A DNA stretch of 64,000 nt from NCBI GenBank assembly GCA_964441745.1, contig CAYTYR010000001.1, forward strand, positions 1 to 64,000, read 5' to 3'. Made by a program: the position numbers and the translations under genes. This DNA comes from an uncultured Clostridia bacterium. Its GTDB lineage: Bacteria > CAYTYR01 > UBA6262. Numbering within the stretch: position 1 is the stretch's first letter; each line of letters opens with the position of its first letter. Of this stretch, positions 8,785 to 19,558 are shown one piece after another. Below the pieces are notes generated by a model. The model saw only the letters and a list, made by a program, of their open reading frames with translations, was not told the DNA's origin and ran no database searches.

Positions 8785-8827
8785 TAAATCCTCGTTGCTT
8801 TCTATGAAACTCTATTTGAAAAGATAT

Positions 8828-8952
8828 GCGCGGCCTTCATATAAGTCAGGGAACTATTCATCTGGCAAGCGCGACCATAAGCAGTCCGCCAGTCTCTTTG
8901 GCGGAAACAAAAGGTGATAGTTTCCTGACTCTACCACAGCGAGACAGCGAGC
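8828..8952. other. Structured intergenic element with conserved termini, copy B
   Basis: GCGCGGCC at 8828, CAGCGAGACAGCGAGC at 8937-8952; stem AGTCAGGGAACTAT/ATAGTTTCCTGACT. Confidence 0.65.
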
Positions 8953-8977
8953 TCTAATCTATTAAGTTCTTCGCTCT

Positions 8978-9012
8978 AATCCGCGTGATCTGTTTTTCGA
9001 ATCCGCGTAATC
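8978..9012 (-). repeat. Paired AATCCGCGT(G/A)ATC boxes (reverse orientation of the GATTACRCRGATT family)
   Basis: 8978-8990 and 9000-9012, 22 bp apart. Confidence 0.75.
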
Positions 9013-9030
9013 ATTAGCGACCAACGGGAG

Positions 9031-10029
9031 CTATTTCTTTTTTAGCCAGCTCATCATGCTGCGCAGTTTCGCTCCGACTTTTTCGATCAACATATCATCG
9101 GTGCGTTTACGCAAAGCATTAAAGGTCGGCCGACCAGCCTGGTTCTCCAAGAGCCACTCAGTAGCAAACCTGCCGCTGCGGATCTCTTCAAGAATTTTGA
9201 CCATTTCTTTGCGGGTTTCATCCGTGATTATTCTCTTGCCGCGGGTCAGGTCGCCAAATTCAGCTGTATCGCTGACTGAATATCTCATCCGGCTGATGCC
9301 GCCTTCATAAAACAAGTCAACGATGAGTTTCAATTCATGCATGCATTCAAAATAGGCGATCTCCGGCTGGTAACCGGCTGCCACCAAGGTCTCAAACCCG
9401 GCATTAACGAGCTCGGTCACGCCGCCGCACAACACTACCTGTTCGCCAAACAAGTCAGTCTCGGTTTCTTCGGCAAAAGTAGTTTCAATGACGCCGGCCC
9501 TGGTGCCGCCAATACCTTTGGCATAAGCTAAGGCATATTTTTTCGCTTTGCCGGTAGCATCTTGGTAAATAGCGATCAGGTTCGGCACGCCGCTGCCTTC
9601 GGTAAACACTCTTCTCACTAAATGGCCGGGACCTTTGGGCGCGACCATAAACACGTCAACATTCTTCGGCGGGACGATCTGGCCAAAATGGATATTAAAT
9701 CCATGCGAAAATACCAAAGCTTTGCCAGCTTTAAAGTTTGGCTCCACCGCATCGCGGTAGATCTTAGCTTGGGTCTGGTCTGGCGCCAGCATTTGGATGA
9801 TATCTGCTTTCTGCGCCAGCTCAGCGGCAGTCATTGGTTTGAATCCATTTTTAATAGCCAATTCATAATTAGGAGCGCCTTTGAGTTCGGACACGATCAC
9901 TTCTACGCCGCTATCTCTCAAGTTCTGCGCCTGGGCATGGCCCTGGCTGCCATAACCGATAATTCCGACCACTTTCCCTTTTAATAACTTCAGATCTGCA
10001 TCCTTATCATAATACATTTTCACTGCCAT
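9031..10029 (-). CDS. ilvC: Ketol-acid reductoisomerase
   Basis: [29 protein letters not shown]. Confidence 0.97.
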   Translation of the reverse strand: MAVKMYYDKDADLKLLKGKVVGIIGYGSQGHAQAQNLRDSGVEVIVSELKGAPNYELAIKNGFKPMTAAELAQKADIIQMLAPDQTQAKIYRDAVEPNFKAGKALVFSHGFNIHFGQIVPPKNVDVFMVAPKGPGHLVRRVFTEGSGVPNLIAIYQDATGKAKKYALAYAKGIGGTRAGVIETTFAEETETDLFGEQVVLCGGVTELVNAGFETLVAAGYQPEIAYFECMHELKLIVDLFYEGGISRMRYSVSDTAEFGDLTRGKRIITDETRKEMVKILEEIRSGRFATEWLLENQAGRPTFNALRKRTDDMLIEKVGAKLRSMMSWLKKK

Positions 10030-10051
10030 TGCTTTGTTCCTCCTTTTTTTA

Positions 10052-10122
10052 GCGTATGGCGTATGGCGTATGGCGTATAGTTTTTGTTTTTCTACACGCT
10101 TAACGCTACCCGCTTTCCGCTA
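10052..10122. repeat. Inverted heptamer arrays (GCGTATG)x4 / (CTAYACG-like)x4
   Basis: Between ilvN and ilvC; spacer GTTTTTGTTTTT. Confidence 0.85.
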
Positions 10123-10125
10123 TTT

Positions 10126-10617
10126 TTATTTATTCCCTCTGGCCATCGCCACAATACCTGTACGCACCATTTCTTTGACGCCGAATGGTTTGACAATTTC
10201 TACGAAAGCCTTAATTTTTTCTTCATTGCCGGTCATTTCAATGATCAATGAACTTGCACCGACATCGACGATCTTGGCGCGGAAAATATTTACGATCTGC
10301 ATGATCTCCAACCTGGAATTTTTATCAGCCGTGACCTTGATCAGGATCAGATCACGCTCCAGGTGCTCAGTTTCCAGGAAATCACTCACCCTGATGACAT
10401 CGACTAATTTATTGAGCTGTTTCTCGATCTGTTCCAGGATCCTTTCATCGCCGCGCACAATAATGGTCATACGGGAAATGCTGGAATCCTCGGTTTCTCC
10501 GACAGCTAAGCTGTCAATATTATAACCCCGGGCACTGAACAGGTTGGCGATACGCGCCAGCACCCCGGCTTTGTTCTCAACTAAAACACTAATTGCATGT
10601 CTCATTACAACCTCCAA
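10126..10617 (-). CDS. ilvN: Acetolactate synthase small subunit
   Basis: VENKAGVLARIANLFSARGYNIDSL ACT domain. Confidence 0.95.
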   Translation of the reverse strand: MEVVMRHAISVLVENKAGVLARIANLFSARGYNIDSLAVGETEDSSISRMTIIVRGDERILEQIEKQLNKLVDVIRVSDFLETEHLERDLILIKVTADKNSRLEIMQIVNIFRAKIVDVGASSLIIEMTGNEEKIKAFVEIVKPFGVKEMVRTGIVAMARGNK

Positions 10618-10621
10618 ATTC

Positions 10622-10692
10622 GCTTATGGCTTATGGCTTATAGCTTATAGCTTATGGTTTTTGTTTTTTGCCATATGCTATCTGCCATATGC
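10622..10692. repeat. Inverted heptamer arrays (GCTTATR)x5 / (CYATMTG)x3
   Basis: Between ilvB and ilvN; same GTTTTTGTTTTT spacer as at 10080. Confidence 0.85.
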
Positions 10693-10697
10693 AGCTC

Positions 10698-12374
10698 TTA
10701 CGCGACTCCCTGTAATATTTCATCCAGCGCCGCGCCTGCCGGCACCATCGGAAACACATTTTCTTCCTGTTCAATCCTAAAATCAATAAACACCGGCTGG
10801 TCTATCTTGATGGCTTTCTGGATAGCGGCCTTCACATCACTTTTCTTTTCCACGCGAATACCAACAGCTCCATAGGCTTCAGCCACTTTGACAAAATCAG
10901 GGTTGCCGGAGAGCACTGTACCGGAATAACGTTTCTTATAGAAAAGTTGCTGCCACTGCCGGACCATTCCCAAATATCCATTATTCAGGATCGCCACCTT
11001 CACTGGAATTTTATTCTGCACCGCAGTTGCCAGCTCTTGGATATTCATCTGGATACTGCCGTCACCGGCAATATCAAACACAACTTTATCCGGGCAGGCG
11101 ACCTTGGCCCCGATCGCGGCCGGGAAACCATAACCCATTGTTCCCAGTCCGCCGCTGGAGATAAATGTCCGCGGTGTTTTGCTGTTAACAAATTGCGTAG
11201 CCCACATTTGGTTCTGGCCCACTTCCGTGGTGATGATGCCATTGCCCTTCATAATGTCACTGATCTGCTCAATGACATACTGGGCCCGCAGTTTGCTATC
11301 CTTTTTATAGGTCAGCGGGAAATCTTTCTTCCAGATCTCGATCTGCTTATGCCAATCGGTCATTTTGGTTTTTTTCGCCACCAGTTTCACTAATTCACCG
11401 ACAATGATCCTGGCGTCTCCCACGATCGGCACGTCCACCATAATATTCTTGGAAATACTGGTCGGATCGATGTCAATATGGATAACCTTGGCTCCGGGCG
11501 CGAATTTATCCAGCCTGCCAGTCACACGGTCGTCAAACCGCGCTCCCACGGCAATGATCAAGTCTGATTTCTGCGTAGCATGGTTGGCGCTGTAGGTTCC
11601 GTGCATTCCCACCATACCTAAAGAAAGGTCATGAGCGCTCGGGAAAGCGCCAATACCCATCAAAGTCCAGATAACCGGCAGTTGTGCTTTCTCCGCCAAG
11701 ACCAGGACTTCTTTATGCGCGCCGGAAGTAATAACGCCGCCGCCAATGTAAAGCACTGGTTTTTGCGCGTGATTAATCATTTCCGCGGCTTTTTTGATCT
11801 GGCCTGGATGCCCCTTGTAATTCGGGCGATAGCTCCTGATATCAACTTGAGCGGGATAAGAAAATTCACACTCTGCCTTCTGCACGTCAACCGGCAAATC
11901 GATCAGAACTGGTCCGGGACGCCCGGTCCGGGCAATGTAAAAAGCCTCTTTGACGGTACGCGCCAAATCGCGCACATCTTTGACCAAATAATTATGTTTG
12001 GTCACCGGCCTGGTAATACCAGTGATATCCGCTTCCTGGAACGCGTCATTGCCAATCAGGTTAGTAGCCACCTGGGCAGTGATCGCGATCATCGGGATCG
12101 AATCCATATTGGCATTGGCCAGTCCTGTCACCAGGTTGGTAGCGCCAGGGCCGCTGGTGGCAAAACAAACTCCCACCCTGCCTGAGGCCCGGGAAAAACC
12201 TTCAGCCATATGGGCCGCTCCCTGTTCATGCCTGGTCAATATAAATCTCAGCGGGGAATCGTATAACACATCGAAAGTAGGCAAAAACACGCCTCCGGGG
12301 ATGCCGAACACAACCTCCACTTTTTCCTTGAGTAATGATTCAATTATTATTTGCGCACCTGTCTTCTTCATCAA
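10698..12374 (-). CDS. ilvB: Acetolactate synthase large subunit
   Basis: RHEQGA, TSGPGATN, GDGSIQMN ThDP motif. Confidence 0.96.
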   Translation of the reverse strand: MMKKTGAQIIIESLLKEKVEVVFGIPGGVFLPTFDVLYDSPLRFILTRHEQGAAHMAEGFSRASGRVGVCFATSGPGATNLVTGLANANMDSIPMIAITAQVATNLIGNDAFQEADITGITRPVTKHNYLVKDVRDLARTVKEAFYIARTGRPGPVLIDLPVDVQKAECEFSYPAQVDIRSYRPNYKGHPGQIKKAAEMINHAQKPVLYIGGGVITSGAHKEVLVLAEKAQLPVIWTLMGIGAFPSAHDLSLGMVGMHGTYSANHATQKSDLIIAVGARFDDRVTGRLDKFAPGAKVIHIDIDPTSISKNIMVDVPIVGDARIIVGELVKLVAKKTKMTDWHKQIEIWKKDFPLTYKKDSKLRAQYVIEQISDIMKGNGIITTEVGQNQMWATQFVNSKTPRTFISSGGLGTMGYGFPAAIGAKVACPDKVVFDIAGDGSIQMNIQELATAVQNKIPVKVAILNNGYLGMVRQWQQLFYKKRYSGTVLSGNPDFVKVAEAYGAVGIRVEKKSDVKAAIQKAIKIDQPVFIDFRIEQEENVFPMVPAGAALDEILQGVA

Positions 12375-12398
12375 ACTTCCTCCAAGATTATAAAAATA

Positions 12399-12503
12399 GT
12401 TTTGAGTTTAGGTGAAGAGCTTTTTGGTATACATTTCCGCCCTTATGCTTGGCGGATCCGCCTCTGGCGGAAATTCAAAACTCAACACTCAAAACTCAAA
12501 ATT
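12399..12503. repeat. Inverted TTTTGAG/CTCAAAA heptamer arrays enclosing two TCCGCC..GGCGGA mini-hairpins
   Basis: Between ilvD and ilvB. Confidence 0.75.
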
Positions 12504-12507
12504 GCTC

Positions 12508-14172
12508 CTATTTTAAAACTGCTCCCGTGCTCGCGCTGGTAACCAGTTTCGCGTAACGTCCCAGTACTCCCTCGCGGGCTTTGGCGTTCGGCGCTTTCCA
12601 CCGGGCCAATCGGGTCTTGATCTCCATCTCGGTCAAACGGATATCCAGTCTTTTCTTAGGAATATCGATCTGGATCATATCGCCGTCCTTGATAATGGCG
12701 ATCGGACCGCCTTCAGCCGCCTCCGGGGACACATGGCCGATAGCGCAGCCGCGGGTCCCGCCGGAAAACCGGCCATCAGTGATCAAAGCGACATATTTAT
12801 CGACACCCAAGCCGCATAACGCGCTGGTCGGGGTCAGCATTTCCCGCATGCCCGGACCGCCTTTGGGGCCTTCGTAGCGAATGACAATGACATCATTTTT
12901 CTTGATCTTGTTACCCATAATAGCAGTAACTGCTTCTTCTTCGCTTTCAAAAACCCTGGCTGGACCGACATGGGTCAGCATATCCGCAACTACACCAATC
13001 TGTTTTACAACCGCGCCGTTGGGGGCTAAATTCCCCTTCAGCACAGCGAGTCCTCCTGTTGCATGCCACGGCTTATTTAAAGGCCGAATCACTTCTTTGT
13101 TTTTCACTTCCACTGCCTTGATATTATCTTCTACCGTTTTACCAGTCACGGTAATGGGAGTGGTTTTAATAAGCTTTTTCTTGCTTAATTCTTTCATAAT
13201 CGCCATAACGCCGCCGGCATTATCCAGGTCCTGCAAATGGAACGGTCCAGCTGGAGCCATATTGCAGATATGCGGGATCCTGGCGCTTATTTCATTGATC
13301 ATATTCAGGTCAAATTCAACCTGCGCTTCCTTGGCAATGGCCGGCAGGTGCAAGGCAGTATTAGATGAACCGCCAAAAGCCATATCCACGGAAAAAGCAT
13401 TATAGAAAGCATTCTTAGTCATGATATCGCGCGGCCGGATATTGCGCTTCACCAGGTCGATGATGCGCATGCCGGCATGCTTGGCCAGCCGGTAACGGGC
13501 GGCAAACACCGCCGGTATCGTGCCATTACCAGGCAAAGCAATACCTAATGCTTCACAAAGACAGTTCATGGAATTAGCAGTGTACATACCTGAGCAGGAA
13601 CCTGCCCCAGGGCAAGCCACATCTTCCAGGTCGGCTAATTCTTTTTCAGTCATTTTCTTGGCTGCCACCCGGCCCACACCTTCAAACATGCTCTGCACCA
13701 GGTCGCACGCCCTACCTTCCGCATCTTTACCAGCCAGCATGGGACCGCCGCTGATGACTATGCTCGGAATATTTAGGCGCGCGGCCGCCATCACCATCCC
13801 TGGAATAACTTTGTCACAATTAGGAATCAGCACCAGGCCGTCAAACGGCATGGCCTTACCGGTGATCTCCACCGAGTCAGCAATAACTTCACGGCTGGGC
13901 AATGAGTATTTCATACCGCCGTGATTCATGGCAATGCCATCACAAATACCGATCGTCCTGAATTCCATAGGCGTACCGCCAGCCATCCTGACGCCGGCTT
14001 TAACTGCTTCACAGATCTTATCCAGATGAATATGGCCGGGAACGATCTCGTTTGCAGAATTAGCTATGCCGATGATCGGCAGGGCCAACTCTTCATTCGT
14101 GTATCCCATAGCTTTAAATAATGAACGGTGCGGAGCTTTCTCTAAACCTTTTTTCATTGCGTCACTGCGCAT
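12508..14172 (-). CDS. ilvD: Dihydroxy-acid dehydratase
   Basis: [33 protein letters not shown]. Confidence 0.97.
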   Translation of the reverse strand: MRSDAMKKGLEKAPHRSLFKAMGYTNEELALPIIGIANSANEIVPGHIHLDKICEAVKAGVRMAGGTPMEFRTIGICDGIAMNHGGMKYSLPSREVIADSVEITGKAMPFDGLVLIPNCDKVIPGMVMAAARLNIPSIVISGGPMLAGKDAEGRACDLVQSMFEGVGRVAAKKMTEKELADLEDVACPGAGSCSGMYTANSMNCLCEALGIALPGNGTIPAVFAARYRLAKHAGMRIIDLVKRNIRPRDIMTKNAFYNAFSVDMAFGGSSNTALHLPAIAKEAQVEFDLNMINEISARIPHICNMAPAGPFHLQDLDNAGGVMAIMKELSKKKLIKTTPITVTGKTVEDNIKAVEVKNKEVIRPLNKPWHATGGLAVLKGNLAPNGAVVKQIGVVADMLTHVGPARVFESEEEAVTAIMGNKIKKNDVIVIRYEGPKGGPGMREMLTPTSALCGLGVDKYVALITDGRFSGGTRGCAIGHVSPEAAEGGPIAIIKDGDMIQIDIPKKRLDIRLTEMEIKTRLARWKAPNAKAREGVLGRYAKLVTSASTGAVLK

Positions 14173-14195
14173 TTAAGAACCTCCTTCTTAACTGC

Positions 14196-14259
14196 GATTA
14201 CACCGATTAAAAGCTTTTGGTTTAAATCTGTGTAATCTCTTTACTAAATCTGTGTAATC
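14196..14259. repeat. GATTACACCGATT facing paired AATCTGTGTAATC boxes (hairpin-forming)
   Basis: 14196-14208 vs 14225-14237 and 14247-14259. Confidence 0.8.
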
Positions 14260-15817
14260 ATTTTTTCAAAAGTTTATATTCAATACTGTCTACAAGGGCT
14301 TTCCAGCTGGCTTCAATGATATTTTCACTGACGCCAACAGTTGCCCAGATCTTATCCTGATCCTGAGATTCGATCAAGACGCGAACTTTGGCGGCAGTAG
14401 CAGCGCCGGTATTCAGAACTCTCACCTTGTAATCTACCAGACGCATTTCCTTCAACTGTGGATAAAATTTCCCGAGCCCTTTGCGCAAAGCGCTATCCAG
14501 GGCATTGACCGGACCGTCGCCCTCTGCCGCGACATGGACTAATTCACCACCCACAAATAACTTGATAGTCGCTTCAGAAACCAGCTCCTCGTTTCTCTTT
14601 TCCACGATTACTTTAAATCCTTTTAATTCAAAGAAATTTTTGTGCCGGCCAGTAGCTTTCTTGATCAATATCTCCAGAGAAGCCTCAGCTGCTTCAAACT
14701 GGTATCCTTCATGCTCCAGTTCTTTGACTGTTTGTAATATCTCTTTGGTCTCCGGTTTATTCGGATCCAGCTCCAATCCCATTTTCTGAGCCAGGAAGAG
14801 AATGTTGCTTTTACCTGATAACTCAGAAACCAATACTCTCCGTTTATTACCAACCACTTCCGGTGTGATATGCTCATAAGTCTCGCTCTTTCGCTCAACC
14901 GCACTGACATGAATACCGGCTTTATGGGTAAAAGCGCTTAATCCCACATATGGCTGGTGATCATCCGGGACAACATTAGCTATTTCATTAATATACCGCG
15001 ATACTGCAGTTATTTTCTCTAACTGTTTTTGATTAAGCGTGGAAAATCCCATTTTCAAGTTCAAAGCCGGGATGATCGAACAAAGGTTAGCATTACCACA
15101 GCGCTCGCCCAGCCCGTTTATCGTCCCCTGGACATGCATGGCCCCTGATTTAACTGCCGAAAGTGAATTAGCCACGGCTGTATCAGAATCATTATGCGCG
15201 TGAATACCCAGCGGCGCTCTGACGATGCTGACCACATTAGCCACTATTTCTTCTACCTCAAACGGCAATGACCCGCCGTTGGTGTCACACAAAACCAGGC
15301 AATCTGCTCCGGCCTCTTCAGCCATTTGCAATGTCCTGATCGCGTATTCAGGATTATCCTTGAATCCGTCGAAGAAATGCTCGGCGTCATAGATAACTTC
15401 CTTGCCTTTTTTCTTCAAATATTTCACTGAATCATAGATCATGGCCAGATTGTCTTCCATTGACACCCGCAAGGCATACTTGACATGCAGATCCCAGGAT
15501 TTACCGAAGATCGTCACGACCGGGGTACCGGCCGCGATCAGGGCCTGCAAATTCGGGTCCTGCTCAGCTTTATTTTTAGCATGCCTGGTACTGCCGAAAG
15601 CAGCCACTTTGGCATGTTTCAGTTTTAGTTTCTTAGCTTTTTGGAAATAGAGTATATCTTTGGGATTGGATCCGGGCCAGCCGCCTTCGACATAATCGAT
15701 ACCCAGCTCATCCAGCTTCTGGGTGATCGCCAGCTTATCTTCCAGCGAATAGCTGATGCCCTCGGTCTGGGCCCCGTCACGCAATGTTGTATCGTATAAA
15801 TATATTTTTTTTGTCAT
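14258..15817 (-). CDS. cimA: Citramalate synthase
   Basis: [36 protein letters not shown]; lysC-cimA-ilv context. Confidence 0.9.
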   Translation of the reverse strand: MTKKIYLYDTTLRDGAQTEGISYSLEDKLAITQKLDELGIDYVEGGWPGSNPKDILYFQKAKKLKLKHAKVAAFGSTRHAKNKAEQDPNLQALIAAGTPVVTIFGKSWDLHVKYALRVSMEDNLAMIYDSVKYLKKKGKEVIYDAEHFFDGFKDNPEYAIRTLQMAEEAGADCLVLCDTNGGSLPFEVEEIVANVVSIVRAPLGIHAHNDSDTAVANSLSAVKSGAMHVQGTINGLGERCGNANLCSIIPALNLKMGFSTLNQKQLEKITAVSRYINEIANVVPDDHQPYVGLSAFTHKAGIHVSAVERKSETYEHITPEVVGNKRRVLVSELSGKSNILFLAQKMGLELDPNKPETKEILQTVKELEHEGYQFEAAEASLEILIKKATGRHKNFFELKGFKVIVEKRNEELVSEATIKLFVGGELVHVAAEGDGPVNALDSALRKGLGKFYPQLKEMRLVDYKVRVLNTGAATAAKVRVLIESQDQDKIWATVGVSENIIEASWKALVDSIEYKLLKK

Positions 15818-15916
15818 AATACCCTCTACTTGGCACAGATGCATACGGATTATTATGGATGCAAACAGATATTCTGTATTCGTTTGAATCCGAGATCCTT
15901 CATCTGTCTGAATCGT

Positions 15917-17137
15917 TTATTTTTTCTTCTCTAAGTTAAAAGCTTTATGAATCACTTTCACCGCTTTCTCCACATTTACATTTTTGATCACGCAGGAGAT
16001 CTTGATCTCGCTGGTTGAGATCATTTCAATGTTAATGCCGGCCCGGGCCAGGGCGCTGAACATTTTGCTGGCAATACCGACATGCGAACGCATGCCCACG
16101 CCAACGATAGAGATCTTAGCCACATTTTTATCATGGATCACTTCTGTCGCCCCTAATTCCCTCTTTATTTTATCCATGACCTCCAAGGTCTTGGGCAAGT
16201 CCTTATGGCTCACGGTAAAAGAAATATCATTCCGGCCGTCAGCAGCGCTGGACTGGATGATCATATCCACATTAATGCCTTTGGCTGCCAGCTCGGTGAA
16301 CATGCTGGCGGCGACACCAGGCTTATCAGGCAGATCAATGATCGATATCTTAGCTTGGTTTTTATCACTGGCAATACCTCTGACAACGACATCTTCCATT
16401 TTACTGACCTCCCTGGTAATAATCGTTCCCTTCTCGTGAGAAAAGGTGGAACGCACATGAATATCAACATTAAACTTTTTTGCTACTTCGATCGAACGGG
16501 CCTGCATTACTTGTGCGCCTAATCCAGCCATTTCCAGCATCTCATCATAGGAAATCACATCCAGCTTCCGGGCATCGTGCACAAGACGCGGATCAGTGGT
16601 ATAAACTCCCAGTACATCCGTGAAGATCTCGCAGACATCTGCTTTTAATACCGAAGCCAGCGCTACTGCCGTCAAGTCTGACCCGCCGCGGCCCAGCGTG
16701 GTAATATCGTCATCTTCGTTAATTCCCTGAAACCCGGCAACCACGGCAATATTGCCTTTTCTTAGTTCTTTCCTGATCTTATTAGTATGAATGTGCACAA
16801 TTTTAGCCATATTATGAACCCTGTCGGTTAAGATACCGACTTGGGCACCGGTCAAGGAAATCGCCTTATATCCTTTATCCTTGAGCGCCATCGCCAATAA
16901 AGCAATGGACATCTGCTCTCCTGTAGAGAGCAGCATATCCATTTCCCGGTCATCCGGATCAGCAGTGATTTTTTCCGCCCAGGTGATCAGGTCATCAGTC
17001 GTATCCCCCGGCGCGGAAACTACTACTACTACTTTATTTCCCGCGTCCCTCGTCTCCATAACCCGTTGGGCAACATTTTTTATTTTGTCCGCATCTGCGA
17101 CGCTGGAACCGCCAAATTTCATCACTACTAAACCCAC
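15917..17137 (-). CDS. lysC: Aspartate kinase
   Basis: KFGGSS, TLGRGGSD, two ACT domains. Confidence 0.96.
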   Translation of the reverse strand: MGLVVMKFGGSSVADADKIKNVAQRVMETRDAGNKVVVVVSAPGDTTDDLITWAEKITADPDDREMDMLLSTGEQMSIALLAMALKDKGYKAISLTGAQVGILTDRVHNMAKIVHIHTNKIRKELRKGNIAVVAGFQGINEDDDITTLGRGGSDLTAVALASVLKADVCEIFTDVLGVYTTDPRLVHDARKLDVISYDEMLEMAGLGAQVMQARSIEVAKKFNVDIHVRSTFSHEKGTIITREVSKMEDVVVRGIASDKNQAKISIIDLPDKPGVAASMFTELAAKGINVDMIIQSSAADGRNDISFTVSHKDLPKTLEVMDKIKRELGATEVIHDKNVAKISIVGVGMRSHVGIASKMFSALARAGINIEMISTSEIKISCVIKNVNVEKAVKVIHKAFNLEKKK

Positions 17138-17157
17138 CGCTTTTCCTCCTGGTCAAG

Positions 17158-17242
17158 CACTAATTTCTAATATCTAAACTTTTAAAATTTGAATTTTGTG
17201 CTTTGAAATTGTTTAGTATTTCGAATTTAGAGATTAGGATTT
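17158..17242. repeat. AT-rich inverted heptamer-like arrays
   Basis: CTAATTT/CTAATAT... facing ...TTTAGAG/ATTAGGA. Confidence 0.55.
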
Positions 17243-17243
17243 G

Positions 17244-18446
17244 TTAGATTACAAATTTTTCTTTAGAAAGAAATTTTTCAATCAACTTAAAGCCCTGGTG
17301 ATAAATATTTTTAGTTTCTTTCACGGTCAGTTCATCAAACTTGCCGACGCCGCTGGACTCGATATCGCTGCCAGCAACGACAAAGGGCACTGCTTCCCGG
17401 GTATGGGTCCGCAGGGAGATCGGCGTCGGATGGTCAGGCAAGACCAAAATACGGTAATCGCCGAATTTTTTTATCCCTTCGGCTATCCGGCCGACCACTG
17501 CAAAATCAAAATCTTCCACTGCCTTCTTTTTCATCTCTATATCGCCATTGTGCCCGGCTTCATCCGGGGCTTCCACATGGACAAAAACAAAATCATTTTT
17601 TTCCAATGACCGCAGGGCGTATTCTGCCTTACCCCGGTAATTAGTATCAATATAACCGGTCGCTCCCGGGACATCGATCACATTCAGTCCGGCATACCGT
17701 CCCAAACCTTTGATCAGGTTCACGGCTGAGATCACCGAACCGGTCAAATTAAACTTTGACTGGAAGGTCGGCAACTGCGGCCGGCGTCCTTGTCCCCACA
17801 ACCAGATCATATTACCTGGCTTCTTACCATTATTAGTACGGCGCTGGTTAGTCAAGTGCTTTTCCAGTAAAGGAACCGAACTAAACATTAATTCCTGGAT
17901 AAACTCTTGTCCTTTCCCGGTTGGGAGATAGGCCCCAATTTTCTGGTTAGTGATATCATGGGGAGGCGTCGTTTTCAAACTATCATAATCACCTTTAATA
18001 ACCGTCAGGTGGCGGTAACTCATGCCGGGATAAAAACGCACTTTGTCTGTGCCCATTTTATCCTGCATATATTCGATCAGGATCTTAGCATCTTCAGTCG
18101 TGATGTGGCCGGCGCTATAATCTGTCATGATGCCATTTTCAATGTAAACAAGATTACAGCGAAAGGCGTTTTCTTCACCTTCCAGGAGCACACCCATATT
18201 GGCTGCTTCCAGGGGGCCGCGGCCGGTATAATATTTTTCCGGGTCATAGCCCATCAGGGATAACGCGGCAACATCACTGCCGGCTGGCAAAGAATCAGGG
18301 ATATTATGGACGATCCCTTCCTGGCCCATGGCGCAAAGCTTATCCATATGTTCAGTATTGGCTGCTTCCAGGACAGACTTAAAACCCAATTCAGGGATTG
18401 GATAGTCAGCCATACCATCGCCGATCAGAATTGCGTACTTCATCAA
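17244..18446 (-). CDS. Cofactor-independent phosphoglycerate mutase-family protein (ApgM-like; possible homoserine-kinase substitute)
   Basis: GDGMAD, GSDVA, HVEAPDEAGH, PDHPTP...HT metalloenzyme motifs. Confidence 0.88.
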   Translation of the reverse strand: MMKYAILIGDGMADYPIPELGFKSVLEAANTEHMDKLCAMGQEGIVHNIPDSLPAGSDVAALSLMGYDPEKYYTGRGPLEAANMGVLLEGEENAFRCNLVYIENGIMTDYSAGHITTEDAKILIEYMQDKMGTDKVRFYPGMSYRHLTVIKGDYDSLKTTPPHDITNQKIGAYLPTGKGQEFIQELMFSSVPLLEKHLTNQRRTNNGKKPGNMIWLWGQGRRPQLPTFQSKFNLTGSVISAVNLIKGLGRYAGLNVIDVPGATGYIDTNYRGKAEYALRSLEKNDFVFVHVEAPDEAGHNGDIEMKKKAVEDFDFAVVGRIAEGIKKFGDYRILVLPDHPTPISLRTHTREAVPFVVAGSDIESSGVGKFDELTVKETKNIYHQGFKLIEKFLSKEKFVI

Positions 18447-18487
18447 AAAGCTCCTTGGATTACACCTCCGCCGAAGGCGGACAGGGA

Positions 18488-19552
18488 TTACAAGCCTATC
18501 TCTTTTTTGATGATATCGATATTAGCGGCCACAACTTTGGGCTGGGTAGCGACTTTGATCGCGTTATCCGGATCTTTTAAACCATGGCCAGTCAGGATAC
18601 ACACAATTTTCGGAATACTTGATTGTTTATCAAAATAGCCTTTTCCGATATATTTTTTCAATCCAGCGACACCAGCGGCGCTGGCTGGCTCGCAGAATAC
18701 TCCTTCATATTTGGCCAGCATTTGATACGCATTGATGATTTCATCGTCGCTGACCATATCGATCACGCCACCTGATTCATCCCGGGCAGATTCAGCCTGT
18801 TTCCAGGAAGCGGGATTTCCTATTTTGATCGCGGTAGCCAGGGTTTTAGGATCTTTTACCGGATGGCCCAAAACTATCGGGGCTGATCCTGCAGCCTGGA
18901 AGCCCATCATCTTAGGTGTGTTCATGGCTTTGCCTTTTTCCTTAAATTCCTTATACCCTTTCCAATAAGCAGTAATATTACCGGCATTACCAACCGGCAT
19001 AAACTGGTAATCAGGAGCATCACCCAGCACTTCAATAATTTCAAAAGCCCCTGATTTCTGGCCTTCGATCCGATAAGGATTCAGGGAATTCACCAGGGTG
19101 ATAGGATATTTCTGGCTAATCTCTTTGACCAGCTCCAAAGCTGCGTCAAAATTACCCTGGACCTGTAATACCTGCGCGCCATGGATCATCGCCTGGGACA
19201 ATTTACCCAAGGCAATAGCCCCGTTAGGAATAAGGACAATGCACTTTATCCCGGCCCTGGCGGCATAGGCAGCAGCAGAAGCAGAAGTATTACCAGTGGA
19301 AGCGCAAATGACAGCCTTACTGCCCTCTTCCACAGCTTTGGAAATAGCCATAGTCATACCCCGGTCCTTGAAGGAACCAGTTGGGTTCAAGCCCTCATAT
19401 TTCAGGTATATTTCCACTTTGTTGCCCAGGATCCGGCTTAAGTTCTGCGCAGGAATGAGCGGAGTATTGCCTTCCAAGAGAGAAATCACCGGAGTCTTGT
19501 CCGAGACCGGTAAATACTCCCTGTATTTTTCGATTAAACCCTGATATGACAT
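18488..19552 (-). CDS. thrC: Threonine synthase
   Basis: NPTGSFKDRG, ASTGNTS, PVGNAGN. Confidence 0.96.
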   Translation of the reverse strand: MSYQGLIEKYREYLPVSDKTPVISLLEGNTPLIPAQNLSRILGNKVEIYLKYEGLNPTGSFKDRGMTMAISKAVEEGSKAVICASTGNTSASAAAYAARAGIKCIVLIPNGAIALGKLSQAMIHGAQVLQVQGNFDAALELVKEISQKYPITLVNSLNPYRIEGQKSGAFEIIEVLGDAPDYQFMPVGNAGNITAYWKGYKEFKEKGKAMNTPKMMGFQAAGSAPIVLGHPVKDPKTLATAIKIGNPASWKQAESARDESGGVIDMVSDDEIINAYQMLAKYEGVFCEPASAAGVAGLKKYIGKGYFDKQSSIPKIVCILTGHGLKDPDNAIKVATQPKVVAANIDIIKKEIGL

Positions 19553-19558
19553 TTTATC

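Noticed and set aside
3953-8855. TCAGGGAACT 10-mer at 3953, 8846 and (reverse) 5553
   Set aside because: Short, with unrelated contexts; cannot be distinguished from chance without a genome-wide count.
14258-15817. Apparent duplication of leuA
   Set aside because: The second copy has citramalate-synthase motifs; an ordinary paralog.
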